DNA of 64,000 nt from an uncultured cyanobacterium (GTDB lineage: Bacteria > Cyanobacteriota > Cyanobacteriia > Cyanobacteriales > CAWUOF01). Within the stretch, counting starts at the first letter, position 1, and each line of letters begins with the position of its first letter. Of the stretch, positions 21,214 to 32,010 are shown in pieces. The stretch covers positions 4,960,001 to 5,024,000 of the forward strand of contig CAVUSO010000001.1 in assembly GCA_963744145.1 (NCBI GenBank), given 5' to 3'. The position numbers and the translations under genes are program-made. Under the pieces are notes generated by a model that saw only the letters and a list, made by a program, of their open reading frames with translations, searched no databases and was not told where the DNA came from.

Positions 21214-23153
21214 TTAGATATCTAAGTCGGTGAGATTGAGACGAGAACCGTAGGTTTCGATAAATTCACGACGAGGTGCTACCCGATCGCCCATTAATAC
21301 CGTAAAGATCCGATCTGCTTCAGCTGCGTCTTCAATTTCTACTCGTTTAAGAGTGCGGGTTTCGTGATTCATGGTGGTTTCCCAAAGTTGTTGGGGCATC
21401 ATTTCACCTAAACCTTTGAAACGTTGGATGGTATAGTTGGCATTAGCAGGAAACTCTCTAATTTTTTCTTGCAGTTCCCGATCGCTATAACAGTAGAAAT
21501 GATTGCGTCCTCGTTCTAATTTGTAAAGAGGGGGACAAGCAATATAGATATATCCCTGATCTACCAATGATCTTTGATAGCGATAGAAAAAAGTTAATAA
21601 CAGAGTGCGAATGTGAGCGCCATCGACATCAGCATCAGTCATAATAATGATGTGATGGTAACGGAGTTGGGTTGGATCAAATTCCTCACCTTTAACACCT
21701 AATCCGAGCGCAGTAATTAAGGCTTGAATTTCGTTATTTTTGTAAATTTTAGAATCGTCGGTTTTTTCAATGTTGAGAATTTTACCCCGCAGTGGTAAAA
21801 TGGCTTGGTTACGCCGATTACGTCCTTGTTTAGCACTACCACCGGCACTATCCCCTTCGACGATAAAAATCTCTGATTCCGACGGATCTCTCAGAACTAC
21901 AATCTGCTAATTTACCTGGTAAAGGAGAAGATTCTAAAACCGATTTACGTCGCACTAATTCGCGAGCATGACGAGCAGCTTCAGCAGCTTTAAAAGCTTG
22001 AATTGCTTTTTCTAAAATTGCGTCAGCTACATTAGGTCGGAATTCTAGGTATTCGGTCAAAACTTCTCCAACTAAAGAATCAACGATACCCCGTACTTCC
22101 GTATTACCTAGTTTAGTTTTAGTTTGACCTTCAAATTCTGGATTCGGAACTTTAACTGAAATGACTCCTGTTAAACCTTCCCGGACATTTTCGCCACCAA
22201 GATTAGAATCGTTTTCTTTAAGTTTATTTCGTTTGCGAGCGATCGTATTCATGGTGCGAGTTAAAACCGTTTTTAACCCTTCTAAGTGAGTCCCACCATC
22301 AATAGTGCGAATATTATTAGCAAAGCCTAAAACATTATCATTATAGGCATCAACACACCACTGCAAAGCCACTTCAATATGTACATCATTCCGATGTCCT
22401 TGTACATAGATAACTTCTTCATGGAGGGGCTGCTTATCAGCGTTCATGTAGGCAATGTATTCTTTAATACCACCTTCATAACAGTAGGTTTCGATCCGCG
22501 GTTCACCACTTTTGATTAATTCTAGTCGGCGATCGGTAAATGTCATTTTCACGCCTGCATTTAAGTAGGCTAATTCCCGCAGACGACCTGATAAAGTAGT
22601 GTAATCAAACTCAATCCCTGTAGTGAAGATCTGAAGATCGGGCAGAAAGGAAACTGAAGTACCAGTGCGGTTTTCTTCACTAGGTTCAGCTACTAACTCG
22701 GTCACGGGAATTCCCCGTTCATAGCGCTGCTTGTGAATCTTATTTTCCCGCCAAACAGTTACTTCTACCCATTCAGACAGGGCATTTACCACGGAAATCC
22801 CGACACCATGAAGACCTCCAGAAACCTTGTAACCACCACCACCAAATTTACCTCCGGACATGGAGAACGGTCATGACTGTTTCCAAAGCCGATCTGCCAG
22901 TTTTGGAATGGGTATCGGTGGGAATACCCCGTCCATCATCAGTGACACTTACCGAACCATCTGCGTTAATTTCCACTTCAATGTGAGTACAGTGGCCAGC
23001 CAGCGCCTCATCGATGGAGTTGTCCACTACCTCATAAACCAAATGGTGGAGTCCTCGCGGACCGGTGGTGCCAATATACATCCCTGGTCGTTTGCGGACG
23101 GCTTCAAGACCTTCTAGAACTTGTATTTGGTCTGCGCTGTAACTACTGGTCAT
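21214..23153 (-). CDS. gyrB: DNA gyrase subunit B with two apparent frameshifts
   Basis: [45 protein letters not shown] and RFKGLGEM. Extra bases near 22859 and 21892 break the frame; no intein seen. Confidence 0.95.
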
Positions 23154-23316
23154 TTAATAATTGCTCCAATAACGGTCTTTAAGCCCTGTTGGACTTTTAA
23201 AATTCAAAACCAATCAAAATTATAACATAAAAGGGTTAGAGACGACTATAGACCAGTTTCCAGTGAAATTTTATGAGGGGATGTATCCAGCAGTCAAAAG
23301 TAAAGGAGTGAAGTAG

Positions 23317-24270
23317 GTGCAGTACCATCAGGAAGAAAGCTATTTATTGGGTAGGAAACGAGGTTTAATTGTGATTTGTGGCCCAACGGCGACGGGGAAG
23401 TCAGGGTTAGCGATCGCTTTAGCCCAAAGGTGTTCAGGGGTAATCCTGAATGCTGATTCCCGTCAGGTTTATCGGGAGTTTAATATTGGGACCGCCAAAC
23501 CAACTCACACTGAGCAGCAATTGGTGCCTCATTATTTGCTGGATATTTGTGAGCCAACCCAAACCCTAACTCTAGCGGATTATCAGCAGCAAGCGCAAGC
23601 TTTAATTCACCAATTTCATCAACCTGACTCTAGAAATTTGTCACTGTTGGTGGGAGGAACTGGTTTATATATTAAATCAATCGTGCAGGGGTTGAAGATC
23701 CCGAGAGTAGCACCCCATCCAGAACTGCGATCGCAACTGGCAGCATTAGGTCAATGTCAATGTTATGCTTTTTTGCAGCAAGTTGATCCAGTTGCTGCTC
23801 AAAAAATTCACCCCCATGATTCAGTCCGGACTTTACGGGGGTTAGAGGTATTTTATATTACTGGGCAGCCAATTTCCAGCCAGCAAGGAAAAAATCCACC
23901 GGATTATCCAATTTTGCAAATTGGGCTAGATTATGATAACGTGGAGAAGGGCGATCGCTATATTGCTCAACGGACTGAGCGAATGTTAGCAGTTGGGTTG
24001 GTGGATGAAGTTGCCCAGCTTTGTCAAAAATACGGTTTATATTTACCTTTATTAGATACTCTTGGTTACCGGGAAGTAAAATTATATCTTCAGGGTGAAG
24101 TTACGCTGCAACAAGCTCAAAACTTAACAATTTTACATACTCGTCAATTTGCTAAACGACAACGCACTTGGTTCCAAGCAAATGCTCAGATCGAATGGTT
24201 TAATGCTGGTTGTCCAGATTTATTAGAACAGGTTTGGTTACGGGTTAAGAATTTTTTATTAAGTTTATAA
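23317..24270 (+). CDS. miaA: tRNA dimethylallyltransferase
   Basis: GPTATGKS, ADSRQVY, IGTAKP, VGGTGLY and FAKRQRTWF. Confidence 0.95.
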   Translation: MQYHQEESYLLGRKRGLIVICGPTATGKSGLAIALAQRCSGVILNADSRQVYREFNIGTAKPTHTEQQLVPHYLLDICEPTQTLTLADYQQQAQALIHQFHQPDSRNLSLLVGGTGLYIKSIVQGLKIPRVAPHPELRSQLAALGQCQCYAFLQQVDPVAAQKIHPHDSVRTLRGLEVFYITGQPISSQQGKNPPDYPILQIGLDYDNVEKGDRYIAQRTERMLAVGLVDEVAQLCQKYGLYLPLLDTLGYREVKLYLQGEVTLQQAQNLTILHTRQFAKRQRTWFQANAQIEWFNAGCPDLLEQVWLRVKNFLLSL

Positions 24271-24389
24271 ATTTGCTCCATTTTTCTGATGTATAATTTT
24301 AGTTTAAGTGTGAACTATGCAGGGACTGAGAAAAAAAAAACTTTCTCTCAGAATAGGATTGATCAAATAATGGAAGGTTAACCAAGCAA

Positions 24390-25157
24390 ATGGACTATCA
24401 AAAATTTATTGAGCAGTTGCCAAATTTGTATGAAAATTGGGGACAAAATTCGTTACAACCAAAATCAGCACAATTTCATCAGGTGCTAGAACAAGTCCGA
24501 GGAATGACGACAATTAATGTGATGCAATTGCTGAATTTTGCCGTTGAATGTATCGAAGATAACGAAGTTTACTGTGAAATTGGCACTTATCAAGGTTCAA
24601 CTTTAATTGGTGCTCTGCTTAATCGTCCCGGACAAATAGGTTATGCAGTTGATAATTTTTCAGAGTATGATCCAGAAGGGGATAATTATGAAATTTTAAA
24701 TGAAAATTTAAAAAACTTTGATTTGCTCGAACAAATATATTTTTGCGATCGGGATTTTGAACAATTTTTCCTGGGCTTGCGCGAAATGGAAAATCACATT
24801 AAAATCGGTGTGTATTTTTATGATGGCGCTCAAGATTATCGTTCCAATTTATTAGGATTGCTCTTAGCTAAACCATTTTTAGCTGACCGAGCGTTACTGG
24901 TGGTAGATAATACTAATTGGGGTAGTGTGCGACAAGCAATTTGGGATTTTGCTGCAACTACACCTGAATGTCGGATTATCTTAGAGTTACCCACACCAAC
25001 AGCAAATTATCCCACCTTTGGTAATGGAGTTTATCTTCTCAGTTGGGATCGAGACAGAAAAGATAGCTATCCTCAAGAAGTTTTGCAAAATAAACGTCAA
25101 CCTGAAGTGATTAAAGCTATCTATAATCTTCAAATTTTAGAAAGAGAAAAACAATAG
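24390..25157 (+). CDS. Class I SAM-dependent methyltransferase (Methyltransf_24-like)
   Basis: YCEIGTYQGST, AVDNF, YFYDG and LLVVDN. Confidence 0.8.
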   Translation: MDYQKFIEQLPNLYENWGQNSLQPKSAQFHQVLEQVRGMTTINVMQLLNFAVECIEDNEVYCEIGTYQGSTLIGALLNRPGQIGYAVDNFSEYDPEGDNYEILNENLKNFDLLEQIYFCDRDFEQFFLGLREMENHIKIGVYFYDGAQDYRSNLLGLLLAKPFLADRALLVVDNTNWGSVRQAIWDFAATTPECRIILELPTPTANYPTFGNGVYLLSWDRDRKDSYPQEVLQNKRQPEVIKAIYNLQILEREKQ

Positions 25158-25182
25158 ATCAAATCCGATCGGGAGTAGGGGA

Positions 25183-26328
25183 TCAAGAAGAGCTAATTTT
25201 GGCTTTGAGCCAATAGGTAGTCATATATCCTTTACCTTTAATCGGAATCACACCCCGTTCCTCAAATATATACTTATCTTTTAATTGCTCATAAATAGTA
25301 GCTGTTACTTGAATCAATTGGGGTATTCCTTGAGATTCCATCCGAGCTGCAATATTGACCGTATCACCCCAGAGGTCATAACTAAATTTTTTCTTACCAA
25401 TCACACCAGCAACTACTGGTCCAGTATGAATACCAATCCGCAGTTGAAAAGGTTCACCTAAATCGGTTTTAAAATTAGTAATAACTGCTTGCATATCTAA
25501 AGCTAAATCAGCGATCGCATCAAGATGATCAGCTCTAGGTAAGGGTAATCCTCCTGCAACCATATAAGCATCACCAATAGTTTTAATTTTCTCCAAACCA
25601 TACTTTTCTATCAATTCATCAAATTGGGAAAAAATCTGGTTTAACAAACTGACCAATTCCCAAGGAGAAATTTTCGCAGCGATCGGCGTAAAATTCACAA
25701 TATCAGCAAAGAGAACAGTAGCAGATTCAAAATTTTCGGCAATATTATTCTGATTATTTTTTAATTTTTCGGCGATATTTTGCGGTAAAATATTCAGTAA
25801 TAAACGCTCCGATTGTGCTTGAGCTAAACGTAAAGCTAGCTCAATTCTTGCTCGTTGTTGGATCTCCTGTTGTAAACGCCCGACTAATTCTTTTAGTTGC
25901 TGAGTTTGCTGTTGCAACAGTCGTTGCTGATTTTGAGTTGTGAGGTGATTAGCTACTCTAACTAAAACTTCTTGATCGTGAAAAGGTTTTGTAATATAGT
26001 CACATCCACCAACATCAAAAGCTTTCACCTTATCTAAAATATCATCTAATGCCGTCAAAAAAATCACAGGAATCCAGCAAGTAATTGGTGAACTTTTCAG
26101 TTTTTGGCAAACTTCATAGCCACTCAAATCGGGCATCAGCACATCCAGCAAAATTAAATCTGGTGGAAACTTTTGTACTGTTGCTAATGCCATTTGTCCG
26201 TTCAACACTTTCCGAACCCGATATCCTTCCTTAGTCAAAATACTAGATAAAAGACGCAAATTATCTGGTGTATCATCAACTACCAAAATATTTGCTTTAT
26301 TGGGAGAATCTTGCTGATGATTGATCAT
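25183..26328 (-). CDS. Response regulator with a class III adenylate/guanylate cyclase domain
   Basis: REC domain (ILVVDD, LILLDVLMP, YITKPF); cyclase motifs VLFADIVNFT, KTIGDAYM and YDLWGDTVNIAARME. Confidence 0.93.
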   Translation of the reverse strand: MINHQQDSPNKANILVVDDTPDNLRLLSSILTKEGYRVRKVLNGQMALATVQKFPPDLILLDVLMPDLSGYEVCQKLKSSPITCWIPVIFLTALDDILDKVKAFDVGGCDYITKPFHDQEVLVRVANHLTTQNQQRLLQQQTQQLKELVGRLQQEIQQRARIELALRLAQAQSERLLLNILPQNIAEKLKNNQNNIAENFESATVLFADIVNFTPIAAKISPWELVSLLNQIFSQFDELIEKYGLEKIKTIGDAYMVAGGLPLPRADHLDAIADLALDMQAVITNFKTDLGEPFQLRIGIHTGPVVAGVIGKKKFSYDLWGDTVNIAARMESQGIPQLIQVTATIYEQLKDKYIFEERGVIPIKGKGYMTTYWLKAKISSS

Positions 26329-26416
26329 GTCTGTAAATGTATTGAAATCGGCTTTTTAACAAAGTGGCTATCTACTCAAAAAAAGAAAATCATCATTAAA
26401 TTAGATTTACTTCCTC

Positions 26417-29400
26417 CTAATTTTGGTTCTGTAAGTATTGAGTTTTTTCAATGATCTCTAGAATATCATCAAACCTAAAATTATTAACTAAATCAGTCAA
26501 AATTTGTGCTGAATCGGAAATTTCTTCAGGGATTTCCTCAATTAACTTGAGAATATTATCTTCGTAACATTCGTGAGATGCGTGATAGATTTTTTCCAGC
26601 CATTCCGGAGACATTTGACATAATTGTGATTCTACAGAGGGATAATTACTTGATGTGAATGTGGGGTTAGGGTCAATTTTAGCAACAACTGATTCCTCGT
26701 AAATATAGTGTATGCCTAAAAGTTCGGCCATTTTAGTCAGTAATAAATTTGCTTCAAAGGGTTTACAAAGAAAATCATCACAACCAGCAGCCAAAATAGT
26801 TTTGCGTTCTTCTGCAAAAACGCTAGCAGACAGAGCAATAATGATTGTTTCTTTTCCCAGGGGATGTGCTTTAATGTGATTTGTTGCTTCATAGCCATTC
26901 ATCACTGGCATTCTTATATCCATCCAAATCAGATGTGGGTGCCAATCCTGCCAAATTGTAATCGCTTCTTGACCATTGCTAGCTTCTCTCACGATTAGAC
27001 CTAGTGGTGACAATAACTGAACTAGGGCTAAACGGTTATCGAAGTGATCGTCAACTACTAGAATGCGATACTCGGGCTGATTTGGTGCTAAACCAATTAT
27101 TTTTCCCTGGGGTTTGAGTAGGTTGATCTGGTTCTGATCAACCAGACTCATTTTAATTGCAAAAGCAAATTTACTTCCTACTTCAGGAATACTACTGACG
27201 ATAATATCTCCTCCCATTAGTTGGACAAATTTGCGACTAATGGGTAAACCTAACCCTGTTCCTTGCTGAGAGTTAAGACCTGTTTTTGTTTGTCCAAATG
27301 GCTCAAATAACTTATCCATTTCTTCTGGTGCAATTCCCAGACCCGTATCTTCTACTTCAAACTGAATGGTAACGGTAGAAGATGGGATCTGGTCTTCAGA
27401 CAGAAGATTTACTCGCAATGTAACGCTACCTGTTTCCGTAAATTTAATGGCATTTCCTAAAATATTAATTAAGACTTGGCGCAATTTGCCTTCGTCTCCC
27501 TTGACAAATTGGGGTACATTCTCAGCCACTTCAATCACGAGCTGCAATTGTTTAGTTTCCGCTTTAAATATGAATATATCTTGTAAAATTCCGAGCAAAT
27601 TTTTTAAATTAAAATCGCTTTCATTTAACTGAATTTGGCCAGCTTCAATTTTTGACATTTCCAAAATTTCGTTAATAAGGGAAAGTAAATGTTCACCAGC
27701 ACGATTAATAATTTCTAGGTATTGTTGATGTTGACTTTTGAGGGATGAATCACGGACCATCACCTGAGTAAATCCCAGAATTGCATTGAGGGGAGTTCGC
27801 AATTCGTGGCTCATAGAAGAGAGAAATTCACTTTTAGCTTGGTTAGCTGTATCAGCTTCTTCAACGGCTTTTTGTAAGGCGATTTCTGCCACTTTACGTT
27901 CGGCAATTTCTGCATTAGCTTGTTCAAATAACATACTTTGTTTAATGCCGATCGCTAACTGAATCGAAATTTGTCGAAGAGATTCTATTTCTGTAGGATG
28001 CCAGGATCTGGGACTGCGGCAATGGTGAGCAATTAGTAGTCCCCATAATTTTTCTCCTTGCAAAATTGGTACTACTAAATTAGCTTTAATTTCAAACTGA
28101 TTTAATAAATGAATATGACACTCGGCAATTTTTGAGGTTTCAATATTATCGATCGCACTAATCCGTCCTTGCTGATAAACAGTAACATAGCGTTCCTGAA
28201 AGCAAGGATCATTAATATCAATTCCCAAAATTGATTTTATTCCCGGTGCGACAGACTCAACTTCTACAAAACCGCTCCAATCGGAGTTAAATCGGTAAAT
28301 AATTGTGCGATCAGTTGCTAAAAATTGGCGCACTTCTTTTACCGTCATTATCAAGACTTCTTCTTGATTGAGAGATGAGCGAATCCGTTCTTGAATCGAA
28401 TTTACTAGACGTTCTCTTTTTAGTTGTTGCTGTAAAGCAGCTTGGGCTAAATCACGTTCTCGTTGTGCCGCTTGTCGTTCACTAATATCCACTGCATAAC
28501 CAACACACTCTATTGGTAACCCTGTCGCATCTTTGACTAACCTCAGTTCAACATGAGCCCAAATATAATTGCCGTTTTTATGCTGGATGCGATATTCATA
28601 GGAAACGAATTCTTTGGTTAAGATTGTCCCTAATGTATCAAAAGCAAGCTGTTTATCTTCTGGATGAACTAGATTTCCCCAAAAATTAGGATTAGCGAGA
28701 AATTCTTGCGCCCCATAGCCGAGAATTGAAACAATATTCTCGCTCATAAATGTAATTGCATAATCTCCTCCGATCTGGCGACTAACAATTACCGCAGGAC
28801 TAACTGCTAGTAAATGTTGTAATCGTTCAGTAGCTGAACGCAATTTCGACTCGGCTTGTTTGCGATCGTGAGATTCAAGTGCTAAAGCTGTAATCTGTGC
28901 TAAGTAACTGGCGAAATTTTGTTCATCTAGCGTCCAATCTTTTGGTGTTCCCTGATGTTCTAAACAGATAACACCGATAACTTGTCCTTGATGGATAATG
29001 GGGATATCGAGCATTGCTGAAATCCCCAAGGGAATTAAATAAGATTGACTTAATTCTTGGGTCTGTGGATCGTTATTAGCATGAGGAGCAACGATCGCTT
29101 CCTCTGTATTCAAAGCTTGGAAATAAAGTGGATAGTCAGCTACTCTCAGTTCACTTCCACAACTATGCTTGTTGGTGCTAAGTTCATAGAGAGCGGCACA
29201 ATTTATGACCGATTTATCCTGATTGTAAAACCAAATGCTACCTCGTTCGATCTTTAAAGTCTGGGTTGCTATTTGGGTAATCTCTCTAAACGCAGCTTCT
29301 ATATCTCCTTCATATATACTAGAACTCCGAGCTAATTCTAGTAAGCTATGTTGTTGTTCTTTTAATCGATCTCTTTTATGACGTAAAGCCAATTCAACAG

Positions 29401-29968
29401 CAATTCTTTCCTTAATTTCTAATTCTAAATGACTATTAATTTCTCTCAATTCAGCGGTGCGTTTTTCCACAATAGCCTCTAAATTTTCATTAGCAGAACG
29501 CAGGGCTAATTCCACATTTTGACGCACGAGGATTTCCGCTTGTAATTTACTATTTATTTCTTCTAATTCTTGGGGAGTTTTTAAAGATAAAAATTGGGGT
29601 AAAAGAGTGATCATCTGTCCCGCAGTAACACAAGATACTAGGGCTGTAATTCCTTTTTCGGCTCCTGATAACCAATAAGCTGGATTCCACAAGGTCCAAA
29701 TATCCAATAAGTGACCTGTCCCACAGAGAATAATAAATGCACCAAATAAAGCAAATATTCCTAAAAAAGGAATATCACGGCGCTTGACAACAAAATAAAT
29801 CAGCATCGCTGGGATAGAAAAATAGGCGATCGCGATCAAAAAATCTCCCGTGATATGTAGCCAGACCAAAGGTGTTTGCCATAAATAGCAGTGACCATGT
29901 GGCATATACTGAGTTGGCGAAAATATATTTTTGAGTAATTCCCACATGAAATTTACTAACTTGCACAA
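26417..29968 (-). CDS. Hybrid histidine kinase: ethylene-binding domain, GAF, PAS, DXCF cyanobacteriochrome GAF, HisKA/HATPase and REC
   Basis: GDFLIAIAYFSIP..FIILCGTGH (ETR1-type residues); DPCF and CH in the second GAF; MSHELRTPLN; GTGLGL; C-terminal REC. Confidence 0.88.
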   Translation of the reverse strand: MCKLVNFMWELLKNIFSPTQYMPHGHCYLWQTPLVWLHITGDFLIAIAYFSIPAMLIYFVVKRRDIPFLGIFALFGAFIILCGTGHLLDIWTLWNPAYWLSGAEKGITALVSCVTAGQMITLLPQFLSLKTPQELEEINSKLQAEILVRQNVELALRSANENLEAIVEKRTAELREINSHLELEIKERIAVELALRHKRDRLKEQQHSLLELARSSSIYEGDIEAAFREITQIATQTLKIERGSIWFYNQDKSVINCAALYELSTNKHSCGSELRVADYPLYFQALNTEEAIVAPHANNDPQTQELSQSYLIPLGISAMLDIPIIHQGQVIGVICLEHQGTPKDWTLDEQNFASYLAQITALALESHDRKQAESKLRSATERLQHLLAVSPAVIVSRQIGGDYAITFMSENIVSILGYGAQEFLANPNFWGNLVHPEDKQLAFDTLGTILTKEFVSYEYRIQHKNGNYIWAHVELRLVKDATGLPIECVGYAVDISERQAAQRERDLAQAALQQQLKRERLVNSIQERIRSSLNQEEVLIMTVKEVRQFLATDRTIIYRFNSDWSGFVEVESVAPGIKSILGIDINDPCFQERYVTVYQQGRISAIDNIETSKIAECHIHLLNQFEIKANLVVPILQGEKLWGLLIAHHCRSPRSWHPTEIESLRQISIQLAIGIKQSMLFEQANAEIAERKVAEIALQKAVEEADTANQAKSEFLSSMSHELRTPLNAILGFTQVMVRDSSLKSQHQQYLEIINRAGEHLLSLINEILEMSKIEAGQIQLNESDFNLKNLLGILQDIFIFKAETKQLQLVIEVAENVPQFVKGDEGKLRQVLINILGNAIKFTETGSVTLRVNLLSEDQIPSSTVTIQFEVEDTGLGIAPEEMDKLFEPFGQTKTGLNSQQGTGLGLPISRKFVQLMGGDIIVSSIPEVGSKFAFAIKMSLVDQNQINLLKPQGKIIGLAPNQPEYRILVVDDHFDNRLALVQLLSPLGLIVREASNGQEAITIWQDWHPHLIWMDIRMPVMNGYEATNHIKAHPLGKETIIIALSASVFAEERKTILAAGCDDFLCKPFEANLLLTKMAELLGIHYIYEESVVAKIDPNPTFTSSNYPSVESQLCQMSPEWLEKIYHASHECYEDNILKLIEEIPEEISDSAQILTDLVNNFRFDDILEIIEKTQYLQNQN

Positions 29969-30053
29969 GAAAGGTTTATGCTAATTTAGCATAACATTGT
30001 CTTGAATTAATTGAGGGCTAATTGCCAATTTTATTCAAGAAGATATTCCTTAT

Positions 30054-31565
30054 GTGATAATTAAACTTAGTTACTCTCAGGTTAAGCTCACCATGATCAT
30101 CTCAGATAAAACTCAGCGCAATTGGCACCCCATCATCAAAGAATTTGCAGCAGTAGTGGGTACAAAGAATGTAGTGCAACGGAAAGAAGAGTTATTAGTA
30201 TATGAATGTGATGGATTAACTAGCTATCGTCAACGTCCAGCAGTGGTAGTATTACCGAAGACCACTCTAGAGGTAGCAGCAATCCTGAAAATTTGCGATC
30301 GCGATCAAATTCCTTGGGTAGCACGAGGAGCGGGAACTGGTTTATCTGGTGGTGCGTTACCAGTAGAAGATTGTGTTCTAATTGTTACAGTATTAATGAA
30401 TAAAATTTTGCAGATCGATTTAGAAAACCAGCGTGTTGTCGTCCAACCGGGAGTAATTAATAATTGGGTGACCCAAGCAGTGAGTGGTACTGGATTTTAT
30501 TACGCTCCTGATCCTTCTAGTCAAATTATTTGCTCAATTGGTGGTAATGTCGCAGAAAATTCTGGAGGAGTACATTGTTTGAAATATGGAGTTACTACTA
30601 ACCATGTGATGGGGTTAAAATTAGTTTTACCGAATGGCGCGATCGCGGATGTTGGTGGACAAATCGCAGAAATGCCAGGATATGATTTAACTGGTTTATT
30701 TGTGGGATCTGAAGGTACATTAGGAATTGCGACAGAAATTACTCTGCGAATTTTGAAAGTACCGGAATCAGTTTGTGTACTTGTAGCAGATTTTACCAGT
30801 GTTGAAGCTGCGGCTGCAACTGTTTCTGATATTATCAGTGCTGGGATTATTCCTGGAGGGATGGAAATGATGGATAATCTTAGTATTAATGCGGTCGAAG
30901 ATGTGGTCGCGACTGGTTGTTATCCTCGTGATGCAGCAGCTTTACTATTAGTAGAAATTGATGGACTAGAAGTAGAAGTTGTGACTAATAAACAGCGGAT
31001 TATGGAAATTTGTCGCCAAAATGGGGCGAGAAATATTACATCTGCAAGGGATCTAGAAACTCGTCTAAAATTGTGGAAAGGACGTAAAGCTGCATTTGCA
31101 GCAGCAGGGATTATCAGTCCCGATTATTATGTTCAAGATGGAGTAATTCCCCGGACTCAATTACCATTCGTGTTGGGAGAAATAGAAGCATTAAGTAAAA
31201 AATATGGTTATAGAATTGCGAATATGTTTCATGCTGGAGATGGCAATTTACATCCAGTGATTTTATATGATAATTCTGTTGCTGGTGCTTTAGAACAAGT
31301 CGAACAGTTAGGTGGAGAAATTCTCAAACTATGCGTTCAGGTTGGTGGTAGTATTTCGGGAGAACATGGAATTGGTGCAGATAAGAAATATTATATGTCA
31401 GAAATGTTTACCGAAACTGATTTAGAAACCATGCAATTTGTGCGTCAAGTGTTTAACCCCAAGGGATTAGCAAATCCTGGGAAAATATTTCCCACTCCCC
31501 GGACTTGTGGGGAAATATCACGAGTTCAGATGGGGAAAGAATTGTCAGGTGTTGAATTGTTTTAG
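30054..31565 (+). CDS. glcD: Glycolate oxidase/dehydrogenase subunit GlcD
   Basis: ARGAGTGLSGG, APDPSS, GSEGTLG, HAGDGNLH, GEHGIG and NPGK. Confidence 0.9.
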   Translation: MIIKLSYSQVKLTMIISDKTQRNWHPIIKEFAAVVGTKNVVQRKEELLVYECDGLTSYRQRPAVVVLPKTTLEVAAILKICDRDQIPWVARGAGTGLSGGALPVEDCVLIVTVLMNKILQIDLENQRVVVQPGVINNWVTQAVSGTGFYYAPDPSSQIICSIGGNVAENSGGVHCLKYGVTTNHVMGLKLVLPNGAIADVGGQIAEMPGYDLTGLFVGSEGTLGIATEITLRILKVPESVCVLVADFTSVEAAAATVSDIISAGIIPGGMEMMDNLSINAVEDVVATGCYPRDAAALLLVEIDGLEVEVVTNKQRIMEICRQNGARNITSARDLETRLKLWKGRKAAFAAAGIISPDYYVQDGVIPRTQLPFVLGEIEALSKKYGYRIANMFHAGDGNLHPVILYDNSVAGALEQVEQLGGEILKLCVQVGGSISGEHGIGADKKYYMSEMFTETDLETMQFVRQVFNPKGLANPGKIFPTPRTCGEISRVQMGKELSGVELF

Positions 31566-31587
31566 TGGGTTGATTATCCTAAAACTA

Positions 31588-31994
31588 CTAATGATCGTTG
31601 ATATCGCTTACAGTAGTTTCCCACCAACTTCGCAGCGGATGGTTTTTATGTGGCAAATATCGCCCTTTGACCTGAATTATGTTGAGTATATCACGTAATT
31701 CTGACGAATTAAGACAAGCTTCTTCTGACCAATATTTAATAATTTCTGGGGTTGATAAAATCTGAATGGATGGTGCGGTCTGTTGAAAAAATGAGATTGC
31801 CCGCTTATCGTCTGTCGCGATCGCCCATCCTCGATGAACAGCGATCGCACAGGTAGCGGGTCTTCTTGCACAACTTGGGTGACTGCAACTTTAGCAGGAA
31901 TAGACTTTAAGATTTCTAGCAATTTGCCCGAAGCACAAAAATTGAGAACACAGCAAGCATCAAGGATAATATGGGAGTGAGCAATGTGCATCAT
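31588..31994 (-). pseudogene. PIN-like toxin with an internal deletion and frameshift
   Basis: The N-terminus IILDACCVLNF..VVQE breaks at about 31862. Another frame continues ATCAIAVHRGWAIATDDKRAI...HPLRSWWE* to 31588. Confidence 0.75.
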
Positions 31995-32010
31995 TTGACC
32001 TCACTTCCCT

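Noticed and set aside
21642..21848. Intein or intron in the gyrB ORF gap
   Set aside because: The gap translates as normal Toprim sequence ([16 protein letters not shown]) once the frameshift is corrected
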